Assembly: GCF_000011805.1 (NCBI RefSeq)
Contig: NC_006840.2
Strand: one strand, 5' to 3'
DNA: 32,000 bases
DNA from: Aliivibrio fischeri ES114
Lineage (GTDB): Bacteria > Pseudomonadota > Gammaproteobacteria > Enterobacterales > Vibrionaceae
A model generated the notes under the pieces. It was not told the DNA's origin and did not search any database. It saw only the letters and a list, made by a program, of their open reading frames with translations. Made by a program: the position numbers and the translations under genes. This document shows positions 30,384 through 32,000 of this stretch, piece after piece (the stretch's first letter is position 1; every line of letters starts with the position of its first letter).

Positions 30384-30599
30384 GCTGTGGTTTGCTTCTC
30401 TTAATCTGACTGAATCTTGAAGTTATTTGAATACGATGAGCATAGTAGGCGTAAGAGGGGTGATTGTCGACATTGAAATTGTCTGTATGATAGATAATAC
30501 CAACCGCGGTAGCCTTTTTCTTTTGCTATCTCTGAGCACTTAGTTACTGTGAATGGTATTAAGAGAAAAATAAAACAATAAAGTCAGAAAAGGGAAGAT

Positions 30600-31142
30600 A
30601 TGACTCAGTTGCCTAAAATATTAGTTATTCTTGCTCATCCAGATCCTGAGCAGTCTATCGCCAATAAAGCCATTTTATCGGCTTATTCTCATTTAGAGCA
30701 TGTGACTGTGCATGATCTTTATGCTCATTATCCTGATTTTTTTATTGATGTTGTATTTGAGCATGAACTGCTAGCACAACACGATATTATTATTTTTCAA
30801 CATCCACTTTATCTTTATTCTTGTCCGGCACTATTAAAAGAGTGGATGGATTGCGTTTTAGGTAAAGGGTTTGCTTATGGTAATGGTGATGCTTTAAAAG
30901 GTAAGCAGTGGCGAAGCGTGATCACTGCTGGTGGTATTGAAGAAGCCTTTTCCAAAACAGGATATAACCAACATTCAATGGATGACATTTTGGTTCCATT
31001 TAAAATTACCGCCGCATTGTGTCAGATGGAATGGTTACCGCCCTCTATCCAATACTGGGCACGCAAAATTACGGTAGAAAAACGACAGCAATATATTGAT
31101 GAATATAAAGCTTGGTTGCTAAACCCGAAAGGAGGCATCTAA
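30600..31142 (+). CDS. kefG: Glutathione-regulated potassium-efflux ancillary protein KefG
   Basis: [47 protein letters not shown]. Directly upstream of kefB. Confidence 0.93.
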   Translation: MTQLPKILVILAHPDPEQSIANKAILSAYSHLEHVTVHDLYAHYPDFFIDVVFEHELLAQHDIIIFQHPLYLYSCPALLKEWMDCVLGKGFAYGNGDALKGKQWRSVITAGGIEEAFSKTGYNQHSMDDILVPFKITAALCQMEWLPPSIQYWARKITVEKRQQYIDEYKAWLLNPKGGI

Positions 31143-32000
31143 TGGCTGGTGATTGGTTACATACAAGTTCAATATTTTTAGCCGCAGCTGTGGTAACCGT
31201 ACCTTTGGCACAGCGTTTTGGTCTTGGTGCGGTACTAGGCTATTTATTAGCAGGAATCGCAATTGGTCCATGGGGGTTAAAATTAATTTCAGATGTGGAT
31301 GCGATTCTTCATTTCTCTGAATTTGGCGTGGTATTGCTGCTCTTTTTAATCGGGTTAGAGTTGAACCCCAGTAAATTATGGAAAATGCGAAAACCGATAA
31401 TCGGATTAGGAGGAAGCCAGGTTGTGGTGTCATCTGTGGTGATTACCGCTGCGATGATGTTTTTTGGTTTAGCATGGCAAGTCAGTTTGGTTATCGGCAT
31501 GGGGTTAGCTTTGTCATCGACCGCGATTGCCTTAAGAGTGATAGAAGAGCGTAAACTGTCTGATTCTGAAAGTGGGCAATCTGGTTTTGCGGTTTTGCTG
31601 TTTCAGGATATTGCAGTTATTCCTATGTTAGCGATACTGCCTGTTTTAGCCGGTGGTGCGAGTGGTAATTGGCTCGACGGATTATGGGTTCTTGCTGGTG
31701 TCATTTCTATTTTTACTCTTGCCCATTTTCTATTACGCCCACTTTTTAGCTATGTAGTGAAAAGTGGAGCGAGAGAGTTATTTACTGTTGCCGCATTACT
31801 ACTGGTGATTGGTGTATCTGCTGCGATGAAACAGTTAGGACTCTCTATGGCTCTTGGGGCATTTTTAGCAGGGGTATTGCTGGCTGAAAGTGAGTTTCGT
31901 CATGAGTTAGAAGTGGCTATTGAACCTTTTAAAGGGTTATTGCTTGGTTTGTTTTTTATTGCAGTAGGAATGTCAGTTAATTTAGGGCTATTACTACAGT
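31142..32000 (+). CDS. kefB: Monovalent cation:proton antiporter-2 family, KefB-like, truncated by the window end
   Basis: ATG at 31142 overlaps the kefG stop (TAATG). Translation [49 protein letters not shown]... is open to the end. Confidence 0.93.
   Translation, partial: MAGDWLHTSSIFLAAAVVTVPLAQRFGLGAVLGYLLAGIAIGPWGLKLISDVDAILHFSEFGVVLLLFLIGLELNPSKLWKMRKPIIGLGGSQVVVSSVVITAAMMFFGLAWQVSLVIGMGLALSSTAIALRVIEERKLSDSESGQSGFAVLLFQDIAVIPMLAILPVLAGGASGNWLDGLWVLAGVISIFTLAHFLLRPLFSYVVKSGARELFTVAALLLVIGVSAAMKQLGLSMALGAFLAGVLLAESEFRHELEVAIEPFKGLLLGLFFIAVGMSVNLGLLLQ

Noticed and set aside
24613-32000. Searched for repeat-family members and accessory genes in the menA to kefB block
   Set aside because: None recognised; tightly packed conserved genes with ordinary spacing.

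Overview
The window looks like a chromosomal segment from a Vibrionaceae member, probably Aliivibrio-like (inferred from gene content and synteny only). The left third (about 1-11 kb) is the distal part of a surface-polysaccharide locus. It holds a flippase C-terminus, an unassigned glycosyltransferase-like ORF, fnlA/fnlB/fnlC-like UDP-L-FucNAc synthesis genes, a WbuB-like transferase, an epimerase, a PglC-type initiating sugar transferase, a WbpM/FlaA1-type dehydratase and a ugd gene split by a +1 shift in a T6 run. The rest is housekeeping: a DHH phosphoesterase, galE, gpmI, a MATE exporter, groES-groEL, tpiA, a CHMI-like gene, a DUF3135-like gene, glpX, zapB, rraA, menA, and the prkB-yheU-yheT-TIGR02444-yheS / kefG-kefB neighbourhood. 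I see no defence system, CRISPR array, phage or transposase. The most unusual content is in the gaps between transcription units. A modular, hairpin-rich, MITE-like repeat family fills many of them. Its parts are a ~50-60 nt end module (GAGCAGG...CGAGGACGGACTTCGTCCTCGAGGGGCGAG...AAGAGC), often in inverted pairs and often starting at a stop codon; AGGTTTCAG/CCTGAAACC heptamer-based arms, once expanded to 11 tandem copies; a 185-bp double-hairpin core present twice at the same length; single-hairpin and coreless derivatives; and a shared terminator cassette seen three times. One end module supplies the C-terminus and stop codon of the MATE gene.
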